Below the pieces are notes generated by a model, which was given only the letters and a program-made list of their open reading frames with translations, was not told where the DNA came from and did not search any database. Made by a program: the position numbers and the translations under genes. 32,000 bases of DNA from Amoeboradix gromovi X-113 (Eukaryota; Fungi; Sanchytriomycota), in NCBI GenBank assembly GCA_018985225.1, contig JADGIF010000013.1:10433-42432 (forward strand), written 5' to 3'. Shown one piece after another: positions 1 through 10,855 of the stretch (positions are counted from its first letter, which is position 1; each line of letters begins with the position of its first letter).

Positions 1-120
1 CAAGGCCTTGTTTACATGGGAGGACGAGAACGATAAGATTCATTCATCTAAAATCTTTAATAAACAAATCTTATGATTGTACCATCCATTTATTTGTGGT
101 TCTATAATAATGAGCCCATT

Positions 121-245
121 CTCCTCGTTAAAAGACCTGATTTCCGAGAAAATCGAGAATTTCCATAGAGAAACTAGAAGTGCTAGATGCTCCGTTACAG
201 TGATTGCTCACGCTTTCACTACCCCGGGGCGGGATTGAATAAGGA
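121..245 (-). ncRNA. Predicted omegaRNA (right-end RNA) scaffold, copy A
   Basis: ~125 nt block 3' of the AARN motif, conserved in five copies, with hairpins AGTGA-aaGC(GTGA)GCaa-TCACT, CTAG..CTAG and GATTTT(CTCG)GAAATC. Position matches where TnpB/Fanzor omegaRNAs are encoded. Expression not shown. Confidence 0.6.
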
Positions 246-614
246 TGCAGATACTTGATGTATTTGTTCCTTGCTGCCATATGATTTCTACTGTTGCACA
301 CGTGGTAAGAGTAACCACAAGAATTAATAAATAAATGGTTTGCAGCCTTATTTATCGTTGATCTCTTTCCAGGCATTGAAAGACATTTAATTGTTCCATG
401 TTTGGACCAGTTCCTCAACGTTGATCAATTTATGCTCTACCTATTACTTATTTCTTTAGATTTGATTTATCGTTAGTGAAAAGGAAGAATATCTAGTATT
501 TAAGCTGTTGCAAAATCTGGAAAAGTCTTGAAATTATACAAAAATGCATACTAATTGGTGATAAATGATTTATTCAAGACAGCAATCGAGCTGCATGTGT
601 TTGTGCAATAGACT
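121..614 (-). mobile_element. Non-autonomous IS607/Fanzor2 element, copy A (left-end region, TnpA HTH remnant, Fanzor C-terminal tail, right end)
   Basis: Minus strand reads IKSKEISNR*SIN*STLRNWSKHGTIKCLSMPGKR (466-362), resembling the IS607 TnpA MerR-type HTH. It then joins HMAARNKYIKY (TnpB/Fanzor RuvC-III tail) and the conserved right end ...GGAAATCAGGTCTTTTAACGAGGAG ending at 121. Homologous to 13903-14593, 16273-16535 and 26327-26949. Left boundary approximate. Confidence 0.85.
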
Positions 615-630
615 GATGTGCTTTTCTTGT

Positions 631-1060
631 AATAAGAATGTTAGTAGAAGAGAATTAAACCATGTATTGAAATCGCTGTAAAAAATCAGCGTAACTAATA
701 ATTTTTGTTATACACACCAAGGGTTTGTTAGTTGCAAAGCCCAGTGCTGTAATTCTACATACTAGGCAGGCATTGAACTTTGCAAAATAAATCATTAATC
801 GAGAATCTGTATGTATTTCTATACAATCGCATGACTTTTCTAGATTTTTCAAATACCTAATGCTCGATATTCTCCATTCAGACTCAAGGTACATGCAATC
901 AATAGGTGCAGTCCTGAACATGTCAAATCTAAAGAAACAGCTAATAGCTGTAGTATACATACATAAACGTTGAGGAACTGGCCCAAACATGGAAGAATTA
1001 AATGTCTTTCAATGCTGGAAAGAGATCAACGATAAATAAGGCTGCAAACCATTTATTTAA
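631..1060 (+). mobile_element. IS607/Fanzor2 element left half, copy B (left-end region and TnpA HTH remnant, no right end)
   Basis: Near-identical reverse complement of 14163-14593. 919-1025 encodes HVKSKETANSCSIHT*TLRNWPKHGRIKCLSM with a stop and a 1-nt deletion. Lies head-to-head with copy A. Confidence 0.8.
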
Positions 1061-1220
1061 TAAATTAATTAACTGCTAAATTCTGGGAAGCGAGCGTATT
1101 GGAGCGATAAGATTCATGTATCGTGGCAAATTTTGTATTCTACTGAAACTGAGAGCTGCATATGATCGGCAGTTGTTAGCGAACTAGACGTAAATTTAAT
1201 TCAATCTATTTATTGCCGAG

Positions 1221-4200
1221 CTAACTATTGTTAAACACATCTACATATTTAGTTCTTCTCTTACTTTTTCCTCTGCTTAGTCCTTCGCCTGCTAGTAAGT
1301 TCAGTCCTGGTATTTCTACACTTCCTTCTAGTGTACTGTTGTTACTCCTGGTTGGCGCTATACTATTGTTGCTACTTTGGTTTGATTTGCTTGCTTTTGG
1401 TGGCATAATTACTTTTGGTTGCTCTATGCTTTGTTCAATCTACATTAGTTAGTGTTACATTTGGATTTACCCATTTCTGCAGTTTCTCATCGTAATAAAA
1501 ACTTGATTTCTCCCCCAAATCTGCATTTACAGGTTTAACCTTTGTTGCAGTGTCCTTATTTCCTGCACCAAAACTAAAAATACCTTTTAATGTGCTAAAG
1601 TAGCCTGCCTTTTCATCCTTTTCATTTTTCTCATCATCCACGTCTACATCCTGCTCGGTATTTTCAACAATCTGTTGTGCCTGTTCTATTATTGGTGAAG
1701 GAGGTACTTCAGCTGAAGTCTGCGCACCAGAAAGAAATTGTTGTGGCAGCTGAGCCTGATTTGGCATCTGAGGCATTTTGTTCTGATACACGTTTACTGG
1801 TTGTGCTTGAGTCACTGGTTGTACTTGAGCCACTGGTTGTGCTTGAGTCACTGGTTGTACTTGAGCCACTGGTTGTGCTTGTGATAAATGATATACTGGC
1901 TTTTGGTTTCCCTTGGTCTGCTGTGCTTGGTGTCCCTGTATTCCACGCTCAACTTGCACAACCTCGTAATAACCCATCCTCTCTTCGTCACTTCCGCTTA
2001 TCAACACTTCCAATTTGTTATATATACTCTCCTTTATCCCGTTGTTCTTGTATTTTAGAATTCCCATTAATCTGTTCATTCTACTGCTTGCGACTGCGCC
2101 AATAACTAGCCTATTCTGATTTCTATTCAAGTATTCAATCATAATTGTACATTCCTTAACATACCCACATTCTAGCAAGTGGTATGCTGCATATATCAAC
2201 CAGGGTCCAATATTGCTAACCGCAGGTATCGGTGCTGTTGCCGATGTTGCCGATGTAGGAGTAGGAGGTGTGTTTGTTAGCGAATCTACGATCATCCCCA
2301 CGACTATTCCCTCGTCGTCCATTCGTATGCTCATCTTATTGCTCAGTATTCCCATTAAAAAGTAGTATTCTTCATTTAAGTCTTTAATAAACTCGCTGAC
2401 TGCATCTGTGCTGTTGTATAATAAACTGATCTTTATTACACTGGCTGCTAATAGTTTGATATCGCTTGCAGCACTAGTGTTTCTGGCATCCGCTAAAAGC
2501 AGCTTAACAGCATCTGTAGGGTAGTTGTTCATCAATAAGAGCAAAAAGTGGAATACTGTGACAGACGAGTCATTTGCATCCAATTGGGCTGGCATTTTCA
2601 TTCCACTCGCTAATATCTTTGGCAGCATGTCCCGGTCTACCATTAATCCATAAACATAGTAGCTGTTTTTAATTAGCAGTTGAGATGCAGCCAGCTTATT
2701 GTTGTTTAATATCAACATGGTACACTGATTAAATAACGGGTTGGTAATAGAAATAGTGGCAGACTTGAAATAATCAGTTATAGTGGCATATAGTGATTTA
2801 TTAGATGCGATAGAAGATGATATGAGAGTATACAAAAGATTATAAGGACTGTTCGTGTTATTGCTAGCGGATTTGCTTTTTATGTAGTCGCTGATGCTCT
2901 TGTTATTTACACCTTTTTGTAGCAGCAATACCGTGTTGCGTGCATTGGCATGCAACAATGAATCAACACTGAGAGCTTTTATCTTCTTAGAAATGGATAT
3001 ACAGTTACCAAGAGGATTGAAGATGGATAACAGACCAGACAAAGGAGCGTATAATTTAGATTCAGGGGCAGGTTCTTTGGATTCAAGAACACTTGCTTTG
3101 GATATACGGGATGTAGGTACTTTCGTGATAGGAGGAATAGCTGGAGTGCTAGCCGTAATTACAGCTACTAGCCGTGTACCGCATTCACAACAAAACTTGG
3201 CATTCTTTATGTTGTTGAATTTACAGTTACTGCACGTGTTATGGTCAGTGTTGTTATTGTTCTCGTGGGCAATCCAGCTACTTTGGTATTCCTGATGTTC
3301 GTGCTCGTTTTCAGTAGCATTATTACCAGTATAATCAGTTGTATCATTAGAATAATCAACATCATCTATCCAATTACTCTGGAATTGAGAGGGGTTTTGA
3401 TACTCTGGGTACTCTTGTTGATCTTTAGGATACTCTGGATACTCTTGCTGATCTGCGGTATACTCTGGGTACTCTAGCTGATCTGGTTCTGCAGGATAGT
3501 CTTGTTGATCTGCCGGGTATTCTGTATAATCCTGATGTTCTGGTTCTGCAGGATAGTCTTGTTGATCTGCAGTATACTCTGGGTACTCTAGCTGATCTGC
3601 AGTATAAGCTGGGTACTCTTGTTGATCTGCAGTATATTCTGGGTACTCTTGCTGATCTTTAGGATACTCTGGGTACTCTTGCTGATCTGCGATATATTCT
3701 GGGTACTCTTGCTGATCTTTAGGATGCTCTGGGTACTCTTGTTGATCTGCAGAATACTCTGGATACTCTTGCTGATCTGCAGAATACTCTGGATACTCTT
3801 GCTGATCTGCGGTATACGCTGGGTACTCTTGTTGATCTGGTTCTGTAGGATATTCTGGATGTTCGTTATGGTCTGTAGGATACTCTGCGTGCACTTTCTG
3901 GTCCGTCGATCCGTTGAATTCTTGCTGGTCCAGTAATCCATTAAACCCCTGGTGCTCAAGTCCTTCAGGAGCATTATTGCCATCATATTCGTAGTATGCC
4001 TGATCATATTGTTCTGCAATTTTGTTCTCGCCATTTTGCTGCTGCGTGTTGCTAGAATCACCAAGAACCGTGTCACTATCTATCATAGTTTCATCTTGAT
4101 ATATGTTAAGGTAGTCATCAAATTTCGGTTGCTCTTCAAAAACATGATTTATCTGATTCTGCTCCTCCAAAACCTGCTCTTCAAAGACTTTGTTTTCCTC

Positions 4201-6258
4201 CTCTAATTGCTCTTGTTCATCATAGTTTTGCTCAGTTTCTTCTTCCGACTTTGTGGCTTTTTCCTGATCTGTTTGCTCATCTTCTTGATCCAGCCGATCC
4301 TCGTCCACATACTGATCAATGTGATCTGCAATTGTATCTCTCTTGGTAACATTATTTAAACTGTCTATTGTATCACCTCCATCAATATTCCAAATGCTCT
4401 GATGCAAAACCTTGCCGGATTCTGATTCAATCGAATTAAACGGGTTATCGTTGTTTAGCTGTGTATTACTGTATTCATCATACTGAGTGTCAAATGCAAC
4501 ATCTAGTGGATCAGAGACAACATTTATAGGTTTAGGAAGAGCAGCGTTTGGATTGATAATGGTGTTGTATTTGTCGTTATCTTCCATATCAGTCACATCA
4601 TGGCTAAACAGCTCTTTGGAACTGTTAGTTACCTTGGCGTGAATATCCTGATCTAAGTCAGGCGAGTTATCAATAACATATTCATGAAATGCTTCAAGGC
4701 TATTCATTCTGCTCGCAGATGTGTGATGTGGTGGTGATATAGTAGAATGCGTGCTACGGACGCTGGAGTTGGATTTGACACTAGTACGATGGTTACTAGT
4801 ATGAGGTACGAAAGATGAATCATTGTTGAATATGTCAGGGCCATCTGTAATAGTGTCCAACGTATTATCCCATAAGTCAGGAATGACAGGATTGCTATTG
4901 CTATCATGATTGGGAACTGTCCAGTTGGTATCCCATAGATCTGGTTTCTTAACCTCTGCCTTTGGTTGCATGACAACAGACTCTCTTTTAGAAAAACCAA
5001 TAGTTGGAGTGATGTCTACTGGTAATTTCTTAGAACTCTCAGTTTCATTAGCAGAATAGTTGGGTTTCGCAGGAAGAGGTTTGGAGTGTTCTGCTTTCAA
5101 TGGTGAATACTGAACGTTGTGTTCTATTTGATCCACAACTGTTTTACTAGAATTATCCGCGGGAGAATTAAACGTGTTAGCATGGCGCTCATTAGCGGCC
5201 CTAACAGGAAGAGTTTTGATAAGTTCGGCAGTGCGTGGTGATTTCAGCTCATTTGGGGACTTGGGTAGCACAAGTTGATTAGGTCTGGTAGTAGTTGTGC
5301 TAGACTTGTGGGAATCACTCACAGAGAAGTGCTTGGAATTAGTGGAGGTGGTAATAAAAGTCGAATCTGCTGATTTAACTGGTTCATTAACTAATTTAGA
5401 CTTCGCTGGTTCACCCTCTGGTTTAACCGATGCCTTCTCGGTTGATGCAGCTCTCTTAGCCTTGCTCTCCATTTTTATAGAATACTTTTCTATTGTTGAA
5501 TCATTTTTAGTAAGCTTATTATCATCTTTTGTATAATCAATACTATCCCAATTAGAGGCGTTCTCCCAGAGATTGGAAGGTGGAGAGTGTCGAGGAATTT
5601 TGTCAACTGTTTTGAATGGATTTGGAGACTCAGGAGACTTAACAGTAACGCTTTTATTCCAAGAATTATTCGTGTCCCAGAGATCAGAAGAAGTAGGAAT
5701 AGGTATGCTTGAAGTGTTGCTAATTTTGTTACTTGTTTGCGGATTACTGATATCTTCATTGGAAGAGGACGGATTGTTAGCCATTCGCTGTTTCTTTAAC
5801 TTAATTCTGTCACTCAAAGATAACTTCTGTTCCGCTAGTTTATTACGCGAAGAAGGAATTGGTTTAAATGGTATATCGGGGACCAAGTGACTTGCGTGTT
5901 CATTTATGGGGTTGTTGTTGATATTAGCAGCAGGATTAGATGAAGGGAGGTTGGATGGCTTGTTAACAGGATAATGAAGTGGAATTTGAGCTTTACTAGG
6001 TTCATTGGGCTTAGCAGTGCTGGAAATTGCACCACTGCTAGTGTTGCTAGTAGGTAGAGGATTAGATTTGGGAAGGGATTTGTTATGTTGAATGGCTAGA
6101 TTTGCAACAGGGTTTACGACTTTGGATTTACGAATATTCAATGTTGATTTGTCTAGCTCGATAGGATTCGTAATATTTTGCTGTTTAATTGGAGACTTTA
6201 TATTTAAACTAGAATCAAAGTGCTTATCAAATTGGTTAAGCCAGTCGTCGTTATCCAT
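1221..6258 (-). CDS. SEC16: COPII coat assembly protein Sec16-like, ~1672 aa; exons 6258-1459 and 1439-1221
   Basis: Long low-complexity N-terminus, helical central region, and C-terminal motifs ADLGEKSSFYYDEKLQKWVN and KRRTKYVDVF typical of Sec16. The two motifs join in frame only after removing a 19-nt intron (1440-1458). ATG 6258 (MDNDDW) preferred over 6447, which overlaps the neighbouring gene. Confidence 0.8.
1440..1458 (-). other. Predicted 19-nt spliceosomal intron GTAACACTAACTAATGTAG
   Basis: GT..AG ends and a CTAAC branch-like motif. Removal gives KWVNPN|IEQSIEQPKVIMPPK in frame with the YVDVF exon. An alternative 31-nt intron (donor at 1470) is also in frame but would delete the conserved VN. 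Confidence 0.75.
1796..1881 (-). repeat. Coding tandem repeat, 18-bp unit (36-bp higher order), encoding QAQPVA/QVQPVT
   Basis: actggttgtgcttgagtc and actggttgtacttgagcc alternate for about 5 units inside SEC16. Confidence 0.9.
3398..3890 (-). repeat. Coding tandem repeat, ~30-bp unit, encoding QQEYPEY(T/S)AD / QQEYPEYPKD
   Basis: About 15 imperfect copies of gggtactcttgctgatctgcag-type units, in frame within SEC16. Confidence 0.9.
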
Positions 6259-6311
6259 TGAAACTGTGTGTAGAAAAATATAATTTAAGCTAAATTTGTA
6301 GAAGATAAGAT

Positions 6312-6935
6312 TTATTGAAGCATGTGAATCGAAACATAAGATATAATGATCGAAGCCGATGAAGCACTGCTGTAGTAGGTGTCTGCAGTTTCCTGAGGAT
6401 ATGGGGAACTTTGGTATTCCGTTTGAACTGGAGCATCTTGTGCACAAGGTTCAGATTCGGCAGACTCTGGAGAGAGGTTTGAAGGCTTATGAGGCTCAGG
6501 ATTAGGGATATCTATATGTGTGTCCTCTACTTCAGCTATTGGAGTAGGTGGTTTGTAATCATAACCATTTGTCGGTTGAACTTCTGGAAGTTGTTCCGGT
6601 TCTGCATGTGTCTCTGGAATAGCTTCTGGGAGTATCTCTGGAATAGGTACCGGAGAAGAGTGAATTGGCTCTACTTCTGGTGCGGATTCCGGTTCTGTTT
6701 CCGGTGAGTGTTCTGGCTCTAGTTCAGGTGCAGCAGTATGCTCCGGCTGTGGTTCATATACCTGGCTTGGCTCTGGCTCATATACTTGAGATGGTTTTGG
6801 ATAATCTTCCTGGGCATCTTGGACTTCAGGGATATATTGATGCGGTACCGGATATCGTCTGGTTGGATATGTGTGACTTGGATAGTCATTGTGAGCGTAG
6901 TCATTACTATAAGCTGCTACTAAGGTGTAAAGCAT
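6312..6935 (-). CDS. Pro/Glu-rich secreted or GPI-anchored surface protein, 207 aa
   Basis: Short hydrophobic N-terminus (MLYTLVAA), PE/PEP-rich body, Ser-rich segment then hydrophobic C-terminus (SSASSASIIISYVSIHMLQ). Confidence 0.7.
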   Translation of the reverse strand: MLYTLVAAYSNDYAHNDYPSHTYPTRRYPVPHQYIPEVQDAQEDYPKPSQVYEPEPSQVYEPQPEHTAAPELEPEHSPETEPESAPEVEPIHSSPVPIPEILPEAIPETHAEPEQLPEVQPTNGYDYKPPTPIAEVEDTHIDIPNPEPHKPSNLSPESAESEPCAQDAPVQTEYQSSPYPQETADTYYSSASSASIIISYVSIHMLQ

Positions 6936-7551
6936 ATCAGTTTGTTGAGTACGCTTTGATTTCTATTTAAGTATTTCCAGTTCTGCGACTGTCTGAGAAA
7001 CCTGTTACTATTCCTGTTTTTAAGATTTGACACCTATTATTGGAAACCAATTTGCCTCGTGCCTTCGACCAGACGGTATCAGGACTTTGTACCCTCAATA
7101 GGAATCTCGTATTAAGTTTGAAATATTTTGTTCTCAGTTTCAAACACGCTCCGCAGCTTTTGCTGTTCAGACTCACTACAGACAATTCTTTTTTGTATGG
7201 TATGGTTTCACCTTTGCGCTAAGACTTTGATTTCTTAGCTTTTCAAGCGCTTTATGGACGCTAAGAATAGGTATAATGCCGGCTTTTAATCTCCCAGCGC
7301 TCAGTTATTGAAAAGTTACAATTACGCAATCTTGAGTATGTATGATCAAGCATTTTTTATACGTACTCGATGTAAAATTTTTTACCCAATGTTAACTAAA
7401 TCATTTAGAATCTTCATTTTAGCATAATGTAGCTGTTTTACCCTAATTTGCGCGAAAGTGATAAGATAGATTAATTTTATTGATACTCTATTGAGAATTG
7501 AGATTTTAATTCAATTTGTGGTGGTTGTTTCTCTGTGAAACTGATCCTTAT

Positions 7552-9471
7552 ATGTTTCGCAATATTGCAGTTGCTGAATATACTCGTAAAATCATAATAA
7601 TTCCATATAACATAGCTGTTCATAATCAGCTCAGTAAATTGTATGTTCCAAGAGATGTTGTGCTTGTATTGGTATATGATTTTAGATGTAAAAGTCCTTG
7701 GCCTGTAATTCAGAAGTTAGTTTGGAATGCCAATCCACTTTTAGATCACTTCAATTTTGATAGGATTCAGATATTGTATAAAAATGTTATAGTTTGTAAT
7801 GCTGATACCAATAATTCTGATGTTTATGGATTGCTTCTTGGCTATTTTAGTTCCTTCAAAGTACCAATTTATTGCAGGTTTCCGACTACGATTAAAAGCG
7901 AGCTATATAATGAAATTTTTAATTTATTTCATTTTCTGTCTATAAAATCTAACTTATACCATTTAATATTTGATATGCCATTAGATTCGCAGTATTTGAC
8001 TTTTAGAGAATTCTTATATGAGCCCAAATTAGCTTGCGATTTTAAAAGTTTTTCAGTAAAGAACGTGTCTCACTTCCTCAGTAGATTGCTTCAATCGCAT
8101 AGTCTGATCTGTAATTTTGATTCGTTTCAATTAAAAGCTAACAATTATTATGAGTTTATTCAAAGTGCTTCGCACTCTTCATCGTCCTTGCTTCGAGATG
8201 ATGATTATCCTAGATCACTCATTAATTTGAAAGAATTCAACGACATTAATTTCAAAGCAAACAAATTTCAGGCAATTATTTATAATTCATCTGATAACAA
8301 GATTCTGGGAAATTCCATAAGCATAGGTGAATATACTTTCCAGTCTTGCTTGTTCTCTTGTGATAATATTGCAAAAACTGCTTCGTTAGCAAATCTATTC
8401 ATTTCTCAACTGCTTATTAACTGTTTTCTAAAATTCAAATATTTCCAAGGCTTTAAATTTTACCTTGATGGTGTATTTGGTCTTAACCATGATCCAGCTC
8501 TTTATATTAAGTGTTTCAAACTTGCGGCTTCGAACGATTTCTTTTTCAGTCCCTCTAAATATGTACAACTCGCAAGTCAGTATCTTGCAAAACACAATGC
8601 TGGCAACTTGGAATTTACATTTACCAAAAATGATCAGCGATTTGGATACTTCTCGTGCACTCTAACTATAAGTTCATTGAAATATTCCAACCATTGCAAT
8701 TATTTTATTAGTAAAAGTAAGTGCCGTCAGAATTTGGCTAAACAATTTTGCACTCAGTATGCTGTTCTTAAATTTATGTATGACAGCAACTCAAATATCA
8801 TTCAGGCTAGAGAGCTTAACATTCCACAGGAAGATTTAAGAGAGAGAATAAATGCTTTACCATGTGCTCAGCTTTCAATCCCAAACAGCAAAAAGAGGAA
8901 GCAGAGCAATAACGAGAGTGATATTATATTAAAAAGGTTGAAGAAAAGTATCGTGGTCCCAGCAGGCCTAACAAACCATTGGAAAAACGAAGAATCTCAG
9001 AGCAAAATTCAAGGATTAAATCAAATTCAGTTAAATAATTGGCATGCAAAACCAGATAGAAAAATTATTCAGCCTGCAGTTACAAATTCTATGGTTAATA
9101 GCACAGAAAGGATGCTCATGTGCAACAAAGACACTCGGCTTGACAATTTGAAAACGTTCCAAGACCAAGAAAAAACTCTAAAAAACCCAAAAATTCAAAA
9201 CGCTACAAGGCTTGAGTTTCAAAAGACCCTTAATTTTGTAAAACAAGACAGTTTTAACATGAACCTCTTAAGTAAAATTGAGGTAGGGCTGCTATACAGA
9301 TTGTACATAATTAAATATCCAATGGAATATACAAATAACTTTGAGTATTTGAAGAAGTTTGTAAATGTAGAATGGGAAACTGTTTGCGAGAAAGAGAAAT
9401 TGGAATATTGGAGATACACTCTTGCAATAAAAATGGCAGAAATTTATAAAAAAATTATCAATAGTAAATAA
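7552..9471 (+). CDS. Uncharacterised ~640 aa protein with possible dsRBD-like and C-terminal HMG-box-like segments
   Basis: Long uninterrupted ORF, first ATG 7552. FSCTLTIS...FISKSKCRQNLAKQFC resembles a dsRNA-binding motif, KKFVNVEWETVCEKEKLEYW resembles HMG-box helices 2-3, and KKRK is an NLS-like patch. Domain calls tentative. Confidence 0.7.
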   Translation: MFRNIAVAEYTRKIIIIPYNIAVHNQLSKLYVPRDVVLVLVYDFRCKSPWPVIQKLVWNANPLLDHFNFDRIQILYKNVIVCNADTNNSDVYGLLLGYFSSFKVPIYCRFPTTIKSELYNEIFNLFHFLSIKSNLYHLIFDMPLDSQYLTFREFLYEPKLACDFKSFSVKNVSHFLSRLLQSHSLICNFDSFQLKANNYYEFIQSASHSSSSLLRDDDYPRSLINLKEFNDINFKANKFQAIIYNSSDNKILGNSISIGEYTFQSCLFSCDNIAKTASLANLFISQLLINCFLKFKYFQGFKFYLDGVFGLNHDPALYIKCFKLAASNDFFFSPSKYVQLASQYLAKHNAGNLEFTFTKNDQRFGYFSCTLTISSLKYSNHCNYFISKSKCRQNLAKQFCTQYAVLKFMYDSNSNIIQARELNIPQEDLRERINALPCAQLSIPNSKKRKQSNNESDIILKRLKKSIVVPAGLTNHWKNEESQSKIQGLNQIQLNNWHAKPDRKIIQPAVTNSMVNSTERMLMCNKDTRLDNLKTFQDQEKTLKNPKIQNATRLEFQKTLNFVKQDSFNMNLLSKIEVGLLYRLYIIKYPMEYTNNFEYLKKFVNVEWETVCEKEKLEYWRYTLAIKMAEIYKKIINSK

Positions 9472-9536
9472 CATGATCAAATGACACAAATATCGCAACT
9501 CTTTCGTCATTTCGCGCAAGGAGCTTAAGAGCCGAT

Positions 9537-10556
9537 ATGAGGTTGATCTTATTGATTCTACAAGCAATTGTTGCGCTGCTATTGCCAGATGGAAAGTCAG
9601 AGCTAGTTAATGAGATATTGGTGCTTTTGAGAGAATCAAAATTACTTTCTTTGAAAGAATCAAACCCGATGAAGTTAGAAGCATCGAATTTTGCATTTTG
9701 GGAAGTATCAAAAACTCTAAATTTGGCGCCATCAAAAGTGGTTGAAAAAGTTAAGTCAAGTGACGTTCTAGGCCGAGTGCAATTGCACTTGAGGTCTCAA
9801 AATGAGTTACAGGCTATAAAGTCTAGCTTATTATACGAGCTAGTATCAGGCAAGTTATTGAACATTTACAGTTGGGATCGATTGGAAAATGAAAAACTGA
9901 AAAACGAACTTTTACATTCATCAGTTGTAGTAGCTCATTTGTTAGATAATATCATAAAAGTGCGAAAAGCTTTAAATCGAGAAACAGCTCTGGGAACTAT
10001 TCTAGCTGATGCTGGTAGTATAGATAATCTCAGACTGCTAGAAAAGAAAACAAGTTATGAATTGGTTGAATTTGCAGCTAAATACGCGTTTCAAGATGAA
10101 GTAATAACACTGGTGGATAACGATATATATGATTCTCTTAAAGGCGAATGGGGAGAGATTTGTAGTACTTTAGGTAGCATATTCTTATTGCACAAAGTAC
10201 TGCAAATGAGCAAGCCTGAAAGTATTTTGCCTCTCGATATTCCAGATTTCAAAAACACAGACAGGCTGGATGATATTTTTAATAATCTCTTTGCAAAAGT
10301 ACAAAAATTTGCGAATGAAAACCCCAAACATTTCGTAGCATTGGCTGGAGTTTTAAGATCGGAAGAACTTAAAGAACTGGAGCTAATTTTGCACACACCT
10401 ACAGAAGAACAAGAGGTACCAGATATATCTAATGCAATTGCGATCATTGATGCTCGAAAGGAAGCAAAAGCAATTAAAGAGAGAGCTATAAACACCAAGG
10501 AAATTTACAATTCCGCCAAGAGGTATTTCGATCGTCTAAACTCATTAAGAACCTAA
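9537..10556 (+). CDS. Uncharacterised secreted helical protein, 339 aa
   Basis: ORF with signal-peptide-like MRLILLILQAIVA; Leu/Glu/Lys-rich; no recognised family. Confidence 0.7.
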   Translation: MRLILLILQAIVALLLPDGKSELVNEILVLLRESKLLSLKESNPMKLEASNFAFWEVSKTLNLAPSKVVEKVKSSDVLGRVQLHLRSQNELQAIKSSLLYELVSGKLLNIYSWDRLENEKLKNELLHSSVVVAHLLDNIIKVRKALNRETALGTILADAGSIDNLRLLEKKTSYELVEFAAKYAFQDEVITLVDNDIYDSLKGEWGEICSTLGSIFLLHKVLQMSKPESILPLDIPDFKNTDRLDDIFNNLFAKVQKFANENPKHFVALAGVLRSEELKELELILHTPTEEQEVPDISNAIAIIDARKEAKAIKERAINTKEIYNSAKRYFDRLNSLRT

Positions 10557-10855
10557 ATTGAAGTAAATGTATTATAGAATTTAAACCTAGAGCTCTCAGA
10601 CATTTCAATCAAAAACGATGCCCTTTGAGTTTTCGCCATTAAGACTTCTCAGGAGCACAACGGCAATAGCTAAAAATTTCTTTATTCTTACAAGGCTAGT
10701 CAAGCAGCAGAATTTTCCTTTAAGTGTTAGACTTACAAATCATTCTGCATAACTATAGAATTTGTCTCGTTTGTAAAAACAGTGGTTTCCCATGTGATAC
10801 TGTTGTGCTAAAGAACTTAAAATCAATTTGGGACTGTATGTAGTATTTATTGTTA

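Noticed and set aside
655-990. 111-aa ORF and its twin at 14264-14569 as a duplicated gene
   Set aside because: They are antisense to the IS607 left-end/TnpA remnant. Similarity is explained by the repeat and the peptide has no recognisable features.
31-1117. 13-bp direct repeat CGATAAGATTCAT (31-43 and 1105-1117) as a target-site duplication around copies A+B
   Set aside because: The repeats lie 45-80 bp from the element edges and IS607 elements do not make TSDs. May be an unrelated small repeat.
3398-3890. Regularly spaced ~30-bp repeats as a CRISPR array
   Set aside because: Units are contiguous with no unique spacers, stay in frame inside a eukaryotic CDS, and no cas genes are present.
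6259-6447. N-terminal extension of the 1670-aa ORF
   Set aside because: It overlaps the 6312-6935 gene on the same strand in another frame; ATG 6258 is the more plausible start.
6967-7200. Possible decayed homeobox on the minus strand (SEQQKLRSVFE..KY....R..L...NWF.NNR)
   Set aside because: Needs at least two frameshifts and the helix spacing does not fit; unsupported without an HMM search.
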